A stretch of DNA of 24,815 bases from positions 1 to 24,815 of the IMG/VR virus record IMGVR_UViG_3300020594_000017; one strand, given 5' to 3'. The notes under the pieces were generated by a model that was not told the DNA's origin, made no database searches, and saw only the letters and a program-made list of their open reading frames with translations. The translations under genes were made by a program, and so were the position numbers. Position 1 is the stretch's first letter. Each line of letters starts with the position of its first letter. The stretch comes from a virus. Lineage: Duplodnaviria > Caudoviricetes. Shown here one piece after another: positions 24,367-24,815 of this stretch.

Positions 24367-24768
24367 TCACTTCACGGCGCGCAGAGGCGGAGGCGTCGAA
24401 CCGAACTTCCTGCCGGCTACCTTGGCTGCCTCGGCTCGCTCATCCTTCTTGCCGCCCTCACCTTTCTTCGCATGGGTGTATTGAACCGCGGCAATCGCCG
24501 CTCTCACCTGCAGCGGAGTCGATTCGATCTTGCCGAGCGCGATGTCCTGAAGTAACTCCAACATATCGCAGTCGGGGGCTTGAACCGGCTCCGACCGCGT
24601 ACGCTTCAAGGCACCACCATGTGCTTGCGGCTCCAGTTCCTCTCGCATTCCGCCGGCCGCCTCATTTGCTGATTCCGGCGCCCGGTTTTTCGGCTTGCGG
24701 CCAGCGCCAGGACGCGCGCCGCCTGCATTCTTCCGCGGGCCTCCGCTCTTTCCTTTGACGCCTGCCAT
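24367..24768 (-). CDS. terS: Terminase small subunit
   Basis: Directly upstream of terL; N-terminal GGARPGAGRKP motif and C-terminal AAVQYTHAK..EGGKK. Confidence 0.85.
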   Translation of the reverse strand: MAGVKGKSGGPRKNAGGARPGAGRKPKNRAPESANEAAGGMREELEPQAHGGALKRTRSEPVQAPDCDMLELLQDIALGKIESTPLQVRAAIAAVQYTHAKKGEGGKKDERAEAAKVAGRKFGSTPPPLRAVK

Positions 24769-24815
24769 ATGCTGATTACCGGAAATTCAAAAGGGGGATT
24801 TAATCCGTAAATGAG

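Noticed and set aside
24769-24815. cos/packaging site upstream of terS
   Set aside because: The position is plausible for an HK97-like phage, but only 47 bp are visible and no cohesive-end sequence can be identified.
1-24815. CRISPR array, tRNA, rRNA or IS element
   Set aside because: No regularly spaced repeats, cloverleaf or transposase noticed by eye; intergenic spaces are all under about 300 bp.

Overview
The window is the complete late (virion and lysis) region of a temperate-type siphovirus or prophage, encoded on the minus strand. The GC-rich codon usage and gene families suggest a Pseudomonas-like host (inference). Reading the minus strand from 24768 down: TerS, TerL, a fused prohead protease-major capsid gene, two small head-region genes, an HK97-type portal placed after the capsid, a repeat protein, head-tail connector and head closure genes, then an inserted block (a GT42/Maf-like putative glycosyltransferase, a GIY-YIG/T5orf172-like moron, a Gp49/Sf6-gp66 family protein, a GT9-like glycosyltransferase and a SAM methyltransferase). 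These are followed by tail completion, tail terminator and major tail genes, frameshifted G/GT chaperones, a lambda-like tape measure, a GTA-like tail tip (DUF2460, DUF2163, NlpC/P60, megatron-like), DUF2793 and LamG fibre genes, a GH19 endolysin and embedded Rz/Rz1 spanins. Two early-type genes on the plus strand (Ead/Ea22-like, DUF551) converge on the lysis genes with no integrase between them. The strongest novelty candidate is the translationally coupled glycosyltransferase/methyltransferase cassette inside the neck module, a possible virion-glycosylation system. Other candidates are an internal capsid start paired with an RBS-toggling leader, an antisense-RNA/small membrane peptide moron flanked by 10-bp direct repeats, a pseudoknot-like moron leader and a GNRA-hairpin cluster. 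All family assignments are motif recognition by eye; no searches were run.
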